DNA of 63,895 nt from Hydrurus foetidus (taxonomy: Eukaryota). This document shows positions 24,105 through 36,992 of this stretch, one piece after another (the stretch's first letter is position 1; every line of letters begins with the position of its first letter). The DNA lies in the NCBI GenBank assembly GCA_900617105.1, contig UYFQ01000254.1, positions 1 to 63,895 of the forward strand, in the 5' to 3' direction. The translations under genes were made by a program, and so were the position numbers. Under the pieces are notes generated by a model, which worked only from the letters and a program-made list of their open reading frames with translations, was not told the origin of the DNA and did not search any database.

Positions 24105-24761
24105 CTAATCCAACTTCCGAGAGTCAGCTTTGGCTGCCTTCGATGACATTTTGACCGCCATATCATAGGTCCACTTGAAACCAAGCAGAGTTAATATCGA
24201 TTGCAGTATAGGTGCAAGAAGCATGATGTTGAACCAGTTTCCCCCTGAGTGATCCCTAGTGAACCTTATATATTCGTAGGAGAAAAATACGACAATCGTG
24301 GGAAATATGATGAGCCTCAGCAATATCCAAGTGGCGAGGAAACAATGATCTAAAAATGTATATAATGATGATGCTGGTGCGGCCTGTCTTCGCAGGATCA
24401 GAAACAGTGTGTTCACTTCGACGAATAGGTTCAATGCACCATGCCATTGAAATTGTTCCTCGAAAAAAGGGATGGATAAGAATACAAACGACGCGACGTG
24501 GTGAATGATGAGTGCCGTTGGATTCGATAGAACGCACTTTGGTTGAACAGCGATCCAGATGGTGTCAATGAGCATGTAAACGGAAAAAGTTGACAGTAAT
24601 ATGTGACCCATCTGATAATGATCGCCTCCTAGAACTGAAGTTCCAATTTTCTCCCAATCCGTCGCATGGTGCAGATATCTAAAGTCCAAAAAAATAATGA
24701 CCAAAATCGAGAAAATGTTGAAAATGTCATGAATGAAAACTGGATTGAGCTGTGCTATCAT
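24105..24761 (-). CDS. TLC (TRAM/LAG1/CLN8) domain membrane protein
   Basis: Multi-TM; Y..D, IIHH, VEVNTLFL..RR, W...RL motifs; ATG at 24761 (track start at 24788 is a GTG). Confidence 0.8.
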   Translation of the reverse strand: MIAQLNPVFIHDIFNIFSILVIIFLDFRYLHHATDWEKIGTSVLGGDHYQMGHILLSTFSVYMLIDTIWIAVQPKCVLSNPTALIIHHVASFVFLSIPFFEEQFQWHGALNLFVEVNTLFLILRRQAAPASSLYTFLDHCFLATWILLRLIIFPTIVVFFSYEYIRFTRDHSGGNWFNIMLLAPILQSILTLLGFKWTYDMAVKMSSKAAKADSRKLD

Positions 24762-26080
24762 TGTTCCCAAGAGAATAACCTTGTCCACGGTTACAAGTTT
24801 GCGGACAAATTCGATATCGCCACCTCAGCCCTTCCTCCTCATTTAGAGCACCTCTTTTTTCCAGAGTGATGAAGTCTAGGCAAATCGCAATTACTCCTGG
24901 TGAGTAGAGATAGCATAACTATCAATTGAGCAGAGAACAGAGGTATATAGGTCACCAAAAATCAAAAATGTGTAGACTGGAGAGCGGAGAGCGGAGAGAC
25001 CCTCGACCCCAGGACCCCACGTCAAGCTTGGATGTCCATCCGTATAACGCCTGTGTATCGACACTCATGAAACGACATCCTTCCCTGAGCTATGCATTCG
25101 CCACTTATTTGGATTTTTCATCCACGGAAATTACTACGTCAATTAGAAAATGGAATGCATTTTCAGCTACTTTCCAGTGCGTTGGAGCGTGGATTACTAA
25201 TAAGCCCTATTAACCCTACATGATGAAGAAGCATGCAATTGAAATAAGATCCTCAAAAAACAAGTCATATCACCGCGCATAACTCACGAAGTATACGCTA
25301 GTTAAAAGTCAAAAATCTTGAACCCGTGTATCGGCATTCAGGACAAAAAGCAGCAAATCCTGGGCTATCCGAGCATGGCTTAATCACACATGCGGCAAGT
25401 AAGTTAATACGAACCTTTTTTTATGAAAAAAAAAAGGATAGTTTCCGGGGAGATGAAAAGACAGTAAGTCTAGGATCCCTCCCCTTTCTGGTTCTTTTTT
25501 TCGGATTTTCTCCTCTTAAACTCTTCTAATTGAGTCTTAATACTTACCTTGTAGAGTAGGGTGCCATCATCGCTACTGTCAACGGGTATCGCCATCTAGT
25601 TTTTGTAAATCGAGTCTTCTGATGACAATCAATGTTGTTTCTGCGAGCAGTTGCCCGAGAAGTTAAGTCATCGTCAAGATAAACATTGATTGATAGGAAA
25701 CTAATCATCACATAATCGTGAGAAGAAATAGAAAATGCACAGTCCTCGAATATTTAATAGGGCTTACAAAAAGGTAAAAATTGATATGTTCAGGAATGGT
25801 GCAAGTTTAAAGTAGTCGACATTTATCCCGACTAAATAATCTAGTCGTGATTCGCACCAAGGAATAGAGCCGACCGGACTTCATTCATCATTTTCGATTT
25901 CCGATTTCCGCAAGTCGAAATATGTGTAATCATTTAATATCATGGCGCTGCTCAAACGAGCTACATCGTAATTTCAATCACTTCTCCTCAACTACATTCA
26001 TCACTAATGTAAATCACGTTCTTTGGAATCTAAATGTATGATCACTTCAGTTCCGTCCACAGCAATCAAAATTGTAGTGC

Positions 26081-27169
26081 TTAACAGCAACTCTTCGATT
26101 TCGGGTTGTGCGCCTTAGCTTTCTGTAAATTCACGTTACCACCCTCTGCGCCGTAGTGTTCAGGATTTTCCTTTAACCTCTCGACAATATCTCTAAATGG
26201 TGATCACAACATATGACTCATTTTATAAGAAATTTTGTAGTGATTGTTCGCATTGTATTTCGGAAGTATTGAACACAGAAGTACTCATATTGGTGAAAGG
26301 GAATACATCGCAGTATAAACAGACATTGAAAAACATGTTCGTCGATAGAGAAAATATTTTATGAATGATGTCCGAGAAGAAAGCGCCTTGACATGCAATA
26401 AAGAAACCCTCAAAGAATCACCTTGCAATTGACATAAACGCCATGTCAACTCCAGAATTCACTTTCGCGGATGTCTCGAAGAATTTTATTGAGAACTCAT
26501 CTGCAAGAGCTTTCCCTTTCTCAAAGGATACTTTCTAAAGAAGCGAAGAAAAACAAATATCGACAAATAAGTGCCAGTCTGATAATGATATAGATCAGAG
26601 AGAAAAACTATACAGTCGGGAATATTGACGAACCCTGTGAGATGAATTTTCTGAATCAACGTCAGCTTTGTTGCCGATCAGCACTCGATTAACATTTTCT
26701 GCGGCATTTTGATCGATTTGCCTCATCCAATTCCGTACATTTGTGAAACTATTCTCATCAGAGACATCATAAACGAGGAGAATGCCCATGGCACCTCTAT
26801 AGTAAGCCGTTGTTATTGTTCGAAATCTCTCCTGACCTGCTGTGTCCCATATTTGTAATTTCACTTTCGACTCGTCGATCAATATAGATTTTATCTTGAA
26901 GTCAATTCCAATTGTTGTGATGAATGAAGATGTAAATGAGTCGTCTGAGTATCTCAATAATAGACAAGATTTGCCGACGCCTGTAGCAGAATTTTGTCGT
27001 TTTATCTTTTCAGGGAGATGTTATTTTCTAGGTTGTTGTCTCAGATGACTTACGCAAGAGAAAAACATTGAGACAATCTTGACTCACCACTGTCACCGAT
27101 CAGGAGGAGCTTGATAAGATAGTCGTACTTGGCAGCCCGGGATGCCGGCGTTCTATAATTGCTACTCAT
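26081..27169 (-). CDS. RAB8: Rab8/RabE small GTPase, 4 exons (27169-27088, 26980-26634, 26534-26422, ~26192-26081)
   Basis: [54 protein letters not shown]-terminal CC; GT-AG introns. Confidence 0.93.
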
Positions 27170-27523
27170 GTTCCCCGGTAAAGATGCTGTGGCTTCGAAT
27201 GGTAGTCACAATTTTTCTTTCACCCAGAATTATTGCAACCTGTCAGAGCAGTTGCGGTTGCAAATAGACAACGTCTAGTCTCCACTGCTGCTCTTCAAAG
27301 AGTGGGCTATTTCATGAGGCAGTCACGGTAACGGGTCTGTTAGGCAGGCACTCGAAATTCGAAATACGAAGAGGCGGAGAACATTTTACAAAACGGGCAA
27401 CAAAATTTGCCCCCAATAATTCAAGTGAACCTAGAACCAAGGGGTACCCCCCTCTTGCTAAAACGGACCCAGGACAACGAAGTACGTACAACGAAGTACG
27501 GACCAAGGGGAATGAGTATCCAG

Positions 27524-28100
27524 CAGGGGTTGCACGATTGACAGACCAGAACAGAACTGGACCAAAAGGCCGAGGCCAATGATATAGTATTCATCATCAT
27601 TACCAACAAGCTGTCTATCCCCACCAGCGAGTCAGCTTGATCGCCGGAGACTGTCGAAGACTTGATCGGGGAGAAAGTCTTCTCCGGCGATCAAGCTGAC
27701 ATCTCTGGACAGTGTGGTACAGAGTGTCAGCAGCCCGTTAAAACTGCACCAGCTACCATTAATTCTACTACTATACTAGAGAAGAATCAATCTTAAAATC
27801 ACCCGCAACTTCTCTGGTTGTTGAGTTATGACCGAAAATGATGATGAAAATTTGAATACACGGTGCGGAGACCCACTTTGCAATTTTTTGAAGCATTTTC
27901 ATTGAAAACTAACTCAGCCACTAAACTTACCATGGTCGAATTACTGAGGTCGAGATACTTTCTTTACAGATCGAGCTATCTCTGGTGTGAAAGTTTGCTC
28001 TGAAAAGACCCCATTCAAAAGTGATTTTCTCACTGTTCGTGACTGTATCAAAAAAGCCGGACTTGAGTGGGGGCGTGGTCTGTCAATCGTGCAACCCCTG
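27524..28100. mobile_element. Small TIR element inserted in the MULE left TIR
   Basis: 25-bp TIR CAGGGGTTGCACGATTGACAGACCA / TGGTCTGTCAATCGTGCAACCCCTG, flanked by CCAG on both sides. Confidence 0.75.
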
Positions 28101-28260
28101 CCAGGCCAACGAACTGGGCCAAAAGGCCAGGCCAAGATATAGTACACCATTACCCAAGCTGTCATCACCCCAGCAGCCATTGGCCATTATATTTCGAAAT
28201 CTTGTAGACATTTGGCAGTTTAAAAGACGTTACTAAACTTCATCAGTCTGCTGCAATATT

Positions 28261-31238
28261 ATGATGGAAGAAGAAGTTGATGCTCAACTGTTAACAGCTG
28301 ATGACGCTGAAGCTGTATCTCAATTTGAAGAAGCGACGAAGAAGATCAATTCCGCTTTAAGGGAACTGAGAGAAAGTAATACTTCATTGGCACGGTGTCC
28401 ATGCCTCATTTTTGAAGGCTATGAGTTAGACAAAATAAGCGATAATGAAGTCTCTGAATCTGTTATTTCTGCACTAGTGCAGCGTACAGGATCAGAGAAG
28501 GTGGTCAACTAAAACTGGTTACACTACTACAAAAGGTGTTAAAGTTTATAGGGGTGTGTGTTCACGGAGAGGAACTCCTACACACAAACTGGTGCATCGT
28601 AATAGTAGGACATCTAACAAGTGTGGCTGCAAGGCATCGTATACTTTATGCAGTGACGGTCACGTGGATTTTAATAACGACCACTGCCTTCCAGATCCAA
28701 ACATGGGCAATGATGGCTATGTATTCAATTTAGGATTGTCCCCAACAAAAAAGGTCTCAATGATATCAAATGTGACTGATATGTTCAGTGATTATGGTAC
28801 AACAGCTGTAGCTGCTAGAAAACAGATTGAACAGTCTCTCGTAAAAAGTGGTGACACCGGGTTCGGATCAGGTATAGCTTAAAAGTTTGTTTGACTGAAA
28901 TAATTTGTGACTAATGGTTTTAATTTTTACGTTCACAGGTCAGTTATGCGCCCCACTGTCATCATTTTCCAACAGTATTATACAGAGCGGAAAACGTGCT
29001 AGTGGATTAATTAATGGACCGAACGACGATAGTCTCACTGATTTCTTGAAGAGTCTGGTTGAAGAATCTTTACCTCATAGAATTCTATACGATGATGATG
29101 ATAATCAAATCGTTAAATCAGTAAGCTTTCACGATCCGAAGTGGCTGCCAGAGAAGGCAACCAAAAATCAACTGCAATCTAATGTGGCTGCATCAGATGT
29201 TGCTTTTGGTATCACTATGCCTAAAAGTGGAATAAGTAAGTGGTTTTTCATCACCATGTTGACTCCCGGACACGAGGCTTTTGTTATTGTAGCTTCCGCA
29301 ATAACGCAAGAAGATACAGCTACTTTCGTGAATGAGATGGACGTCTTACTAGACCTGTACCCATCTCTCAAGTATGACAACTGGGTCCTAATAGTTGATG
29401 GTGATCCGGCGAAGTTTAAGGCAGCTAGAATTCAGTTTCAAAGAGTTAGAATAGTTCTGTGCCTACATCATGCAACGGAAAACATCAAGAAACATTTTGG
29501 TCGCATGTGTCTTACTGTAGATTCAGAGGCAGAAGGTACTCCATCGCTTTAATAGCTTCAAACCCTTTATGGTTCACTCAATCATAAATTCTCATTGTTT
29601 CAGCTACAGGCGACTCAAAATCAGCCAAAAGTCGTTGGATACAATGCGATAATTGCGGCAAATGGCGCAAACTCAGCGAGGGAAGCGAATACCCCCAAAG
29701 ATTTACTTGCTCCTCTGTCGGTCAAGAAGAGCCTTTTAATAGCTGTGAAGCTGTCTTGCAGGATGGTTCTCGAACCGCTAATGACGCAGAGCAAAAGGGG
29801 TCCGATGATGAGGTAACTCACATCAATACAGCATATACGTTACGTAAAATCACTTTGTGCTGAGACAAATTCAATCTCGTTTGCTAGGGTTGCGGTGCGG
29901 TTAGCTGCTTAAAGATAAGTCTTACTACAATCACGTGGCACGCCATATGGAAGTATCTTCGATATGCACCGGCTTTACCGTATGTTCGATTGCGTCTTGA
30001 TGAAGTTTTAATCAAATATCCAAATTCAAAGAAATATATTGATTTTCTATGGCGTAATGTGTCCACTTGGGCAGCATGTGCGTTTACATGGGAATTCGAT
30101 TACGGCTTCCAAGCCAGCTCTATTCAGGAAGGTGATTGGTATCTTCAGGGGTGATATTATCAATACTCCTATTATTGACTGTGACATCAAACTTCTTACA
30201 CTCATTCATGCCGTTACTGTTACTTTTTCATGCAGGAATTCATTCCACTTTAAAACTGGGGCTCCGTAGAGTATTGATTCCACTCCACATGACGCTGCTA
30301 TACTTTCGAGAGTCGTTGATTAGAAGAAAGTTGAACGTCGACAGGAGGCAGTCGGTTTCAACAATCAAAGTGCTACTGGGTGAAGTTGCCGCTGCTGGCT
30401 TCTCAAGATTTGCAAAACACTTGACTGCATCGCTTACAGATGAGGGTATAAAGCTGACCTTAGAACAATCATCGAGGGTGATTACTTTAAGGTGACATCA
30501 AGAACAATCAATGGCTATATAGACGTTGTCTTCATTAGTCCTAGTGGTAACATTGCATGCACCACACTATCGTACGCAAGATGGGGTCCTCCAAGTAAGC
30601 ATATTCTAGCTGTGTTCTATCATGGTAGAATATGTCTCAATATGAGACAGCACTTTCATCCTGTTTATCATTTACAATTCATGAATGATATTGCAGTTGA
30701 TGCAATTGCTGATTACACAGTCATGAGTGATGTCCCACACGACGTAGTGAAACATACTGATGCAACAACGTGCTGGAACTGGGCTCAGAAGACATCTCAT
30801 GAGTCGTGGGAGAAGATTGGGCTAGGAGGCATAGCATACGAAGCACTTGCATACCCCAGTGCAAAATTAAATACAAAGATGGCTATCAATTTTATTGTAC
30901 CATATATCAATAGCAGCTCGGAGGAGAGAGAGATATTCTGTCTTAATTATGAAGGCCTTCTCAAAAGGTACAATTTTTTCTTCTAATTTAAAGTGCTTTG
31001 TGTACTGACATAAATATAATTTGAAAATACTAGGAATGCTGCAAGGGCTGTATTGGAGTCTAATGCCCATCGGAGAAGTCTAGGGAATGCAACATTGGAT
31101 CCGACCGCAATCCCAATTCAACATGATATCCCAGCAGTATTACCTTCGCTAACAGCTAGCAAAGGTAAAAAGCGAATAATACCTGCAATTGAACGACGCA
31201 AGAAAACGTCGAAAAAAGAACTTGAAAAAAGAAAATGA
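28261..31238 (+). pseudogene. Intron-containing MULE transposase (FAR1/WRKY-like DBD, DDE core, CW zinc finger, degenerate SWIM)
   Basis: CSRRG...S.KCGCKA..H; SDVAF, VDGD, LCLHH, QE|GIHSTLK; WIQCDNCGKWRKL; WGPPSKHIL; in-frame stops present. Confidence 0.82.
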
Positions 31239-31329
31239 GATCACGAAGCTAACAGAGAATCCCCGCTTTTGTAATGAGTTAACTTTTTAAATTAGTATAA
31301 CTTAATACATAAAACGAAATTAAACTGCA

Positions 31330-31572
31330 AGACAGAGAGAGTGAGTGCAAGAGAGAGAGAGTACAAGAGAGAGTCAGTGCAAGAGATAGAGAGAGAGAGC
31401 AAGGGAGAGAGAGTGAGAGAGAGTCAGAGAGTGAGAGAGAGAGTCAAAAGAGAGAGCAAGAGAGAGAGGAGTGCAAGAGAGAGAGAGTGAGAGAGAGAGT
31501 GCAAGAGTCAAGAGAGTGCAAGAGAGTGCAAGAGAGTGCAAGAGAGAGAGAGTGCATGAGAGAGTGAGTGCA
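31330..31572. repeat. (GA)n / GAGAGTGCAA compound microsatellite inside the MULE
   Basis: Direct reading. Confidence 0.9.
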
Positions 31573-32618
31573 ACTACTGAGTAGTTATGTCGAAATCCAC
31601 TTGAGTCTTTCCTCCCCTCTGAAGTCCTGGGTCTTCTCGAAATGGTAAGTCCTTCTCCAGAACTGCTGAGCGTGTAGAATAAAACCAAATTGAACCGAAT
31701 AGTGAGTTATTATGCACACTAATTTGCTCGATCAAATAAGTCAAATCAGATTACTCGAGTAATCGGCAACAATCGGAATATCATAAATAAAAACTGTACC
31801 CACATCATGCAAATAGAATTCACTATTGAAACAACTCTGATGGTATCATCCCCTGCACGGTTGCGGAGAATTCGCCTAATAGATGAAAGTTTAATAGAAT
31901 TAAATTGGCCCAGTGCTTCAGCACAAGCTCAAAATTTATAGGCAACTTCGAGCAGCTTCAAATCAGGTCATAAAAGGATTCCATGTTCACTCAAAACCAT
32001 TCGGAAGTCGTATGAGCTTGTTCTCAAATCATCCGTCGCACAAAAGTGTACGCAGGAACTGATCCGTCGCAGAATACGCAGGAACTGATCTAACTTATCT
32101 TATTTGCTTCATGAAGAAATAGGTGCCCAATTTTGAAGAACAAATTAAGAGGCATAGATGGTGAAAGCGGTTGATCTAACCTTCTCAGCCCGATCTGCGA
32201 CCAGTTTCCTCTTGTTCTTTCTATCGGAACCCTTACCTCAGACGGGCGGCACTTGAATCGATGGATGAGAGCATTTGCCAAGAGAAATAAAATCAATTAA
32301 ATTTTGAAGCAATATTCTTCATGAAAAAATGGCCGGCAAAGAGGAACAATGGCAACGGTCAGAGACACCTGTTAAGCTAGGGGCAGCTGACAAAATCATG
32401 ACACTCGGAAGGTCAGCAAACTCAAAATTAGTTGTGCTTGGCTGGCAGCGATTATCATTGCTGTGGGAATTCATATGACAACGGTGACTGTGCTGGTGAC
32501 AACAATTACTGGTGTACTATATCTTGGCCTGGCTTGTTGGCCCAGTTCGTTGGCCTGGTTAACTCTCCCCCGGACCAAGGGGGTAGGTATTTTTTTTTGA
32601 AGGATATCATGCCGGCTT

Positions 32619-33688
32619 CAAGCATATAAAACTGATAGTTGTACAATTAATTGTTAATGGAAATAACTTTACAATTAATAATTGCAATTAATAAATCTGA
32701 GAAACCAATTGATAGATACTGTGCAATTAATTGTTGAAGATAATTAATTGCAGTAATAACTACTATAGTCAATTAGTTGCAATTAAAAAAAAATTAGAGC
32801 AATAAATACTGCAATTAATTGCAATTAATTGCAGTATTTATTGCTCCAGATTATTATCAGGGCGCCATGGTCAACGCTCTCTCCACGTCTCGAAGTCCTC
32901 AACCATCTCCAATCGTAATCTCCAATGGCTATATTTTAACGGTGTTTTAGATGAATACTACTGTACTTTACTGCAGTTGTTTTGAACCAGTAATATCATT
33001 TGACACTCATTGAATCATCCCATGACACATCATTCATGTGAAAGATCACATAAAATAGAGACAAACACAGCTATAAGTCGTAATAATACGATTATTATTA
33101 TATGTTTTACACTCATTTCCATTAACATTTACCTACACACACGTACTCACTGTATTATGGCTTTATAAAGCTAATAGCTTTTGTAATACATCGAGTTCAT
33201 CGCCCCCACTTCATAACCATGATCATAATACATATACGTAGCAATTTCATATCACGTTTGATAGTAATGAAACATTTGCCTGAGCTACTGCGCGGCGGTG
33301 GCCGAGTTAGTCAGGAACTTAGCTCGGCCTGGGCGAGTTGGGTAGGCAAGCTCGGCCACCACCCCTGCTCAATTATGATAACCCAATTAATTGAAAACAA
33401 TTAATTGCTAACTATTTAATATCAATTGATTGAATGTTACCTACCACCTACCAACTAATTGGATATTACTAAGCAATTAATTGGATATGAACATACAATT
33501 AATTGTACAATAATTGTCAGTTTTCAAGACAGTAATTGGTGTTTTCCAACAATTAACAATTGCAGTTATTGGCAATTAATTTTTAATTGGCATTCGGCTG
33601 CCCAGCCCAACCAATTAATAATTGCTAATGAATAATTGCAATTAATTGGCAATTAAATTAAAGTACAATTATTGCTTTTATATGCTTG
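32619..33688 (+). mobile_element. hAT-type non-autonomous element, copy 2 (complete)
   Basis: TIR CAAGCATATAAAA / TTTTATATGCTTG; 8-bp TSD GCCGGCTT/GTCGGCTT. Confidence 0.88.
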
Positions 33689-33820
33689 GTCGGCTTCCCG
33701 CCGTCCCCTATAGGGATGGCGGGAAATTTCGATTAGTCGTCCTCAATTATTTATCACCTGTTACTCATTAGCATCGGGCATTGTCTAGAGGAGGCGTGCA
33801 ACAAAGCAACAGTCTGAGTA

Positions 33821-36392
33821 ATGGAAGACGTTGTAGAGTGCAGTCAACTTGTATCTGGCGGCGTATCTCGCGCTACAGAGTCTGGTAGAACAAGTGCTAA
33901 GAGAAATTGTGATGCATTCTGCCTCTCGAAAAGGATTGGCATGAACGTCAATGGTATTGCCTCCTGCGAAAAGGCGACGGAAGATGAAATTTGTAACGAA
34001 AATATTTTTCTGTGAGTATGCAACATACCTCACAGCGTTTGCTATAAGAGGAGATGGAGCCTTATTCAAGTCGGGGACGGCAGCCCAATACCTTTCAGCT
34101 ATCAAGGATATGGCTATGAAAAATTTCCCTGACAATAGGCTACGGGGAGATAGAGTGCTTGATAAATGGTATCCTTCTCTAAGGATGGCTGTAGAAAGAC
34201 TGTGAACAGGCGAAGAATTCCGAAGGGCAGTCGATTTCTGAGAGCTCTTTACCCATAGGCCGAAGTCTACTTCTCAAGATGTGCACATCGCTCATGAACA
34301 ATGGGAAAACAGATTGTATGAAAAGGAGATTAGCTATAGTGACAACTTTTTCAGCTGTCGGTAGATCAGGAGAAGTCGCTTGCTCAACGTGGACATCAGC
34401 CTCATGGGATCATGATCTCGGAAATCTTCTGATGGAGTGGAATGAAATAAAAACAGGTTGGTGGATAGTTTCGATTAAAATAGAATTGTACACTTTCAAA
34501 CATTGAATCTCTTCTTCTTACAGGAGAATCAGACCCCTTGAATTTTTTCTCTGATGCAGAGCACATGGAACTGGATTTTTATCACAGTATGTCATGTTAC
34601 TTGATTCTGGGTGGGGGGAATGCGAAGTTAAGCCAACCAAGCGATTGCAACTGGATTATTCCAGATCTAGCGAGAAATGTTGATCTAGCCTCTGCTGTGC
34701 TGACGAAGTATGTTAGGGAGGGGCTTACTTTTTGTTTGGAAGCATATATATCCGCAAACTCAGGCTTATACGAGGGAACTTCTCTCAGCTTAGTTACAAT
34801 AGCGCCAAACAACTGCAGTCTATTCGATTCTAGATTTATTATCAATGGCACCTCACTACTTCCAAATGACAGAGTCGGTGCTGCCACTCTACTTACTGAT
34901 CATCCAACAAGCAAGCTGGAGAATACTATCTTCAGAGGAGGCTGGGAGGCAAAGGGATTTAGCCGAGCATTCTGTTACATAGGGGGTATATTGAATCCAA
35001 TATCGACGGCGGGTAGAGCGTTGTCAGGTTGGAAGGATTCGAGAGTTCATGTGCACCAATCTGACTGTGCATCTCTACTTGGTCGGAATGAAACTCAAAT
35101 AGAGAACCTCATCGTCAAGTTATTCCATTGCTCAGTCGCTGAGATGCGTCCACGCGGCAAGTTGTGGCCGCTCGCGAAATGTCTATTCTCTACATTCTTG
35201 ATGCATCTGTCAGAGATGAGAGTGAAGTATCCAGAGAGCAGTCAGTGAGAAGAGCATTGAATGCGGTCTCAATATGAACATCCTGTTAGAGTGGGGAGAA
35301 ACTATTGGGAGTAAATGGATCTCTGATAATATGACGGCTGCCATTGAAAGCTGTGAATGCCTCATTACTATTCTACTAGAGCGTGTTGTTATGTTGGAGA
35401 GGAACTCAAAAGCGCAACAGGAGATAAGATACATTCAAATATGACTGATAACAAATTGAATTTCACACTGGTTATATTCTATACACGTTGCATGATGATC
35501 AAGATCACGAGGTCAATGTCCACTGCATTGCAATCAATGCAAGGGCGGCTCAATGGCGAAGATGTGTTCAAGCATGATGCACGAAAGGACACCAAGAAAA
35601 GATAACAACACTTCTAAAAAAAGAAAACTCGACGATGACGCTGTGCATTTGGAGGCGGACTGCAGAACTCAAGAATCCTTACCTGATGTACCCACAAGAC
35701 CTAGTGAGAAGTCATTCAGTGATTTTTCCAAGAGGACATCCGAAGGGTACGCCTCCGCATCACTCGGGTCACAGTCGGCAGAGGAGTTCCTGTACGACTG
35801 GTATGCAAAGAGCCTAGGTACAGTTAAAGGTAATACTGTGACACTAACCTCAGGTCGTTGGCAAATTACAGTCGGTCATAAACCTAGCACTGACAATCAA
35901 GGAGATGCAAAGAATGTCATTTGACTGGCCGAGAAGTTAGGGAGTGAAGCTCAGCTCAAAACAATGAAGGCACTGCAACCTGATGCTGCCAAGGATTCGT
36001 CATACTCAACCTGGGAAATGGATATGAAAGCAACAGCAAAGGCATTGACAAAGCTGATAGGTGATTTTCTTATTCTAAGAGAAGAAAAGGTTGGTAATGC
36101 AAAAGCATATACAGTTGGTGCTCTTGCAAGACGCTGGAAGCAACTGAAGTATCCTGATCCGACTGAGGAGGAACGAAGACAGCTGCAGGATGCGGTGGTA
36201 CAGAATACCAGAAGCACAAACAGGCAACAGCAGCAGTAGCAGCAGCAACAGCGGCAACAGCAGCAGTAGCAGCAGTAGTTCAAGCAGCAGCAGCAGCAGC
36301 AGCAGCAGTAGCAGTAGCAGCAGTAGTTCAAGCAGCAGCAGCGGTAGCAGCGGCAGCGCAACATCAAAGAGTACCTGATTATCACTTACTGA
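33821..36392 (+). pseudogene. Intron-containing tyrosine recombinase, Crypton-like DNA transposon gene (decayed)
   Basis: Ordered catalytic-type motifs GRSGEV, EIKTG, TSL|RVGAAT, RGGW, FCY; GT-AG intron ~34458-34523; no RT nearby; frameshifts and stops. Confidence 0.75.
36225..36360 (+). repeat. CAG (polyQ) repeat interrupted by TAG codons
   Basis: Direct reading. Confidence 0.9.
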
Positions 36393-36739
36393 TGAGTCGA
36401 CTCACCTATCATCGCAGATCTCCACTTGATAACAGTCCCCAGAGTAATCCTGTCTCAACAATTTTAATGTAATCTAGTAAGTCAGTTCTACCAATTAAAT
36501 TTTTCCAATGGGGAGTAGAGCGATTATAATCGCTGAAGATGACTTGTGATAAAAAGTGGACATACAATTGGAGGTTGTGTGCAGGACATCCTGTACCGCT
36601 TAGTATGGATATTGCATGCCTCCAAGCTCCGGCGGACGGTGCGGTTGAGCTCCGATGGGGAGAGGGAGGAGTGAGATGATTATAACTGCTATGCAAGACC
36701 AGCAGTGGACATTGGAAAGAGAGAGAGGGGAGAGATGAT

Positions 36740-36992
36740 GCTGCTGCTGTGGAGGCGGTTGCTGAATCAGAAGATTGATGTTCCAGCTGGGAGAAGTTGA
36801 TATATCAACTGAGTAGATGATTAGTTATTATGTCAGACAGTGGCGGTTGAAATAGGATGGACAGTCGCAACTCGATGATGATGTGCGGCGCCGTTGGTAT
36901 GCTGCTGCTGATGCCGGTGCTGCTGCTGTGGAGGCGGTTGCTGGATCAGAAGATTGATGTTCCAGCTGGGAGAAATTGATATATCAACTGAG
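36740..36992. repeat. Local direct duplication (~73 bp, two copies ~180 bp apart)
   Basis: GCTGCTGCTGTGGAGGCGGTTGCTG..TCAGAAGATTGATGTTCCAGCTGGGAGAA..TATATCAACTGAG occurs twice. Confidence 0.8.

Larger units (their letters stand above)
27508..32570 (+). mobile_element. Mutator-like (MULE) DNA transposon
   Basis: TSD CGGACCAAG (27499-27507 and 32571-32579, exact boundary ambiguous in G/C runs); long TIRs (28101-28148 vs 32511-32558); internal transposase. Confidence 0.87.

Noticed and set aside
35951..36385. Cys-rich minus-strand ORF
   Set aside because: Antisense translation of the CAG repeat
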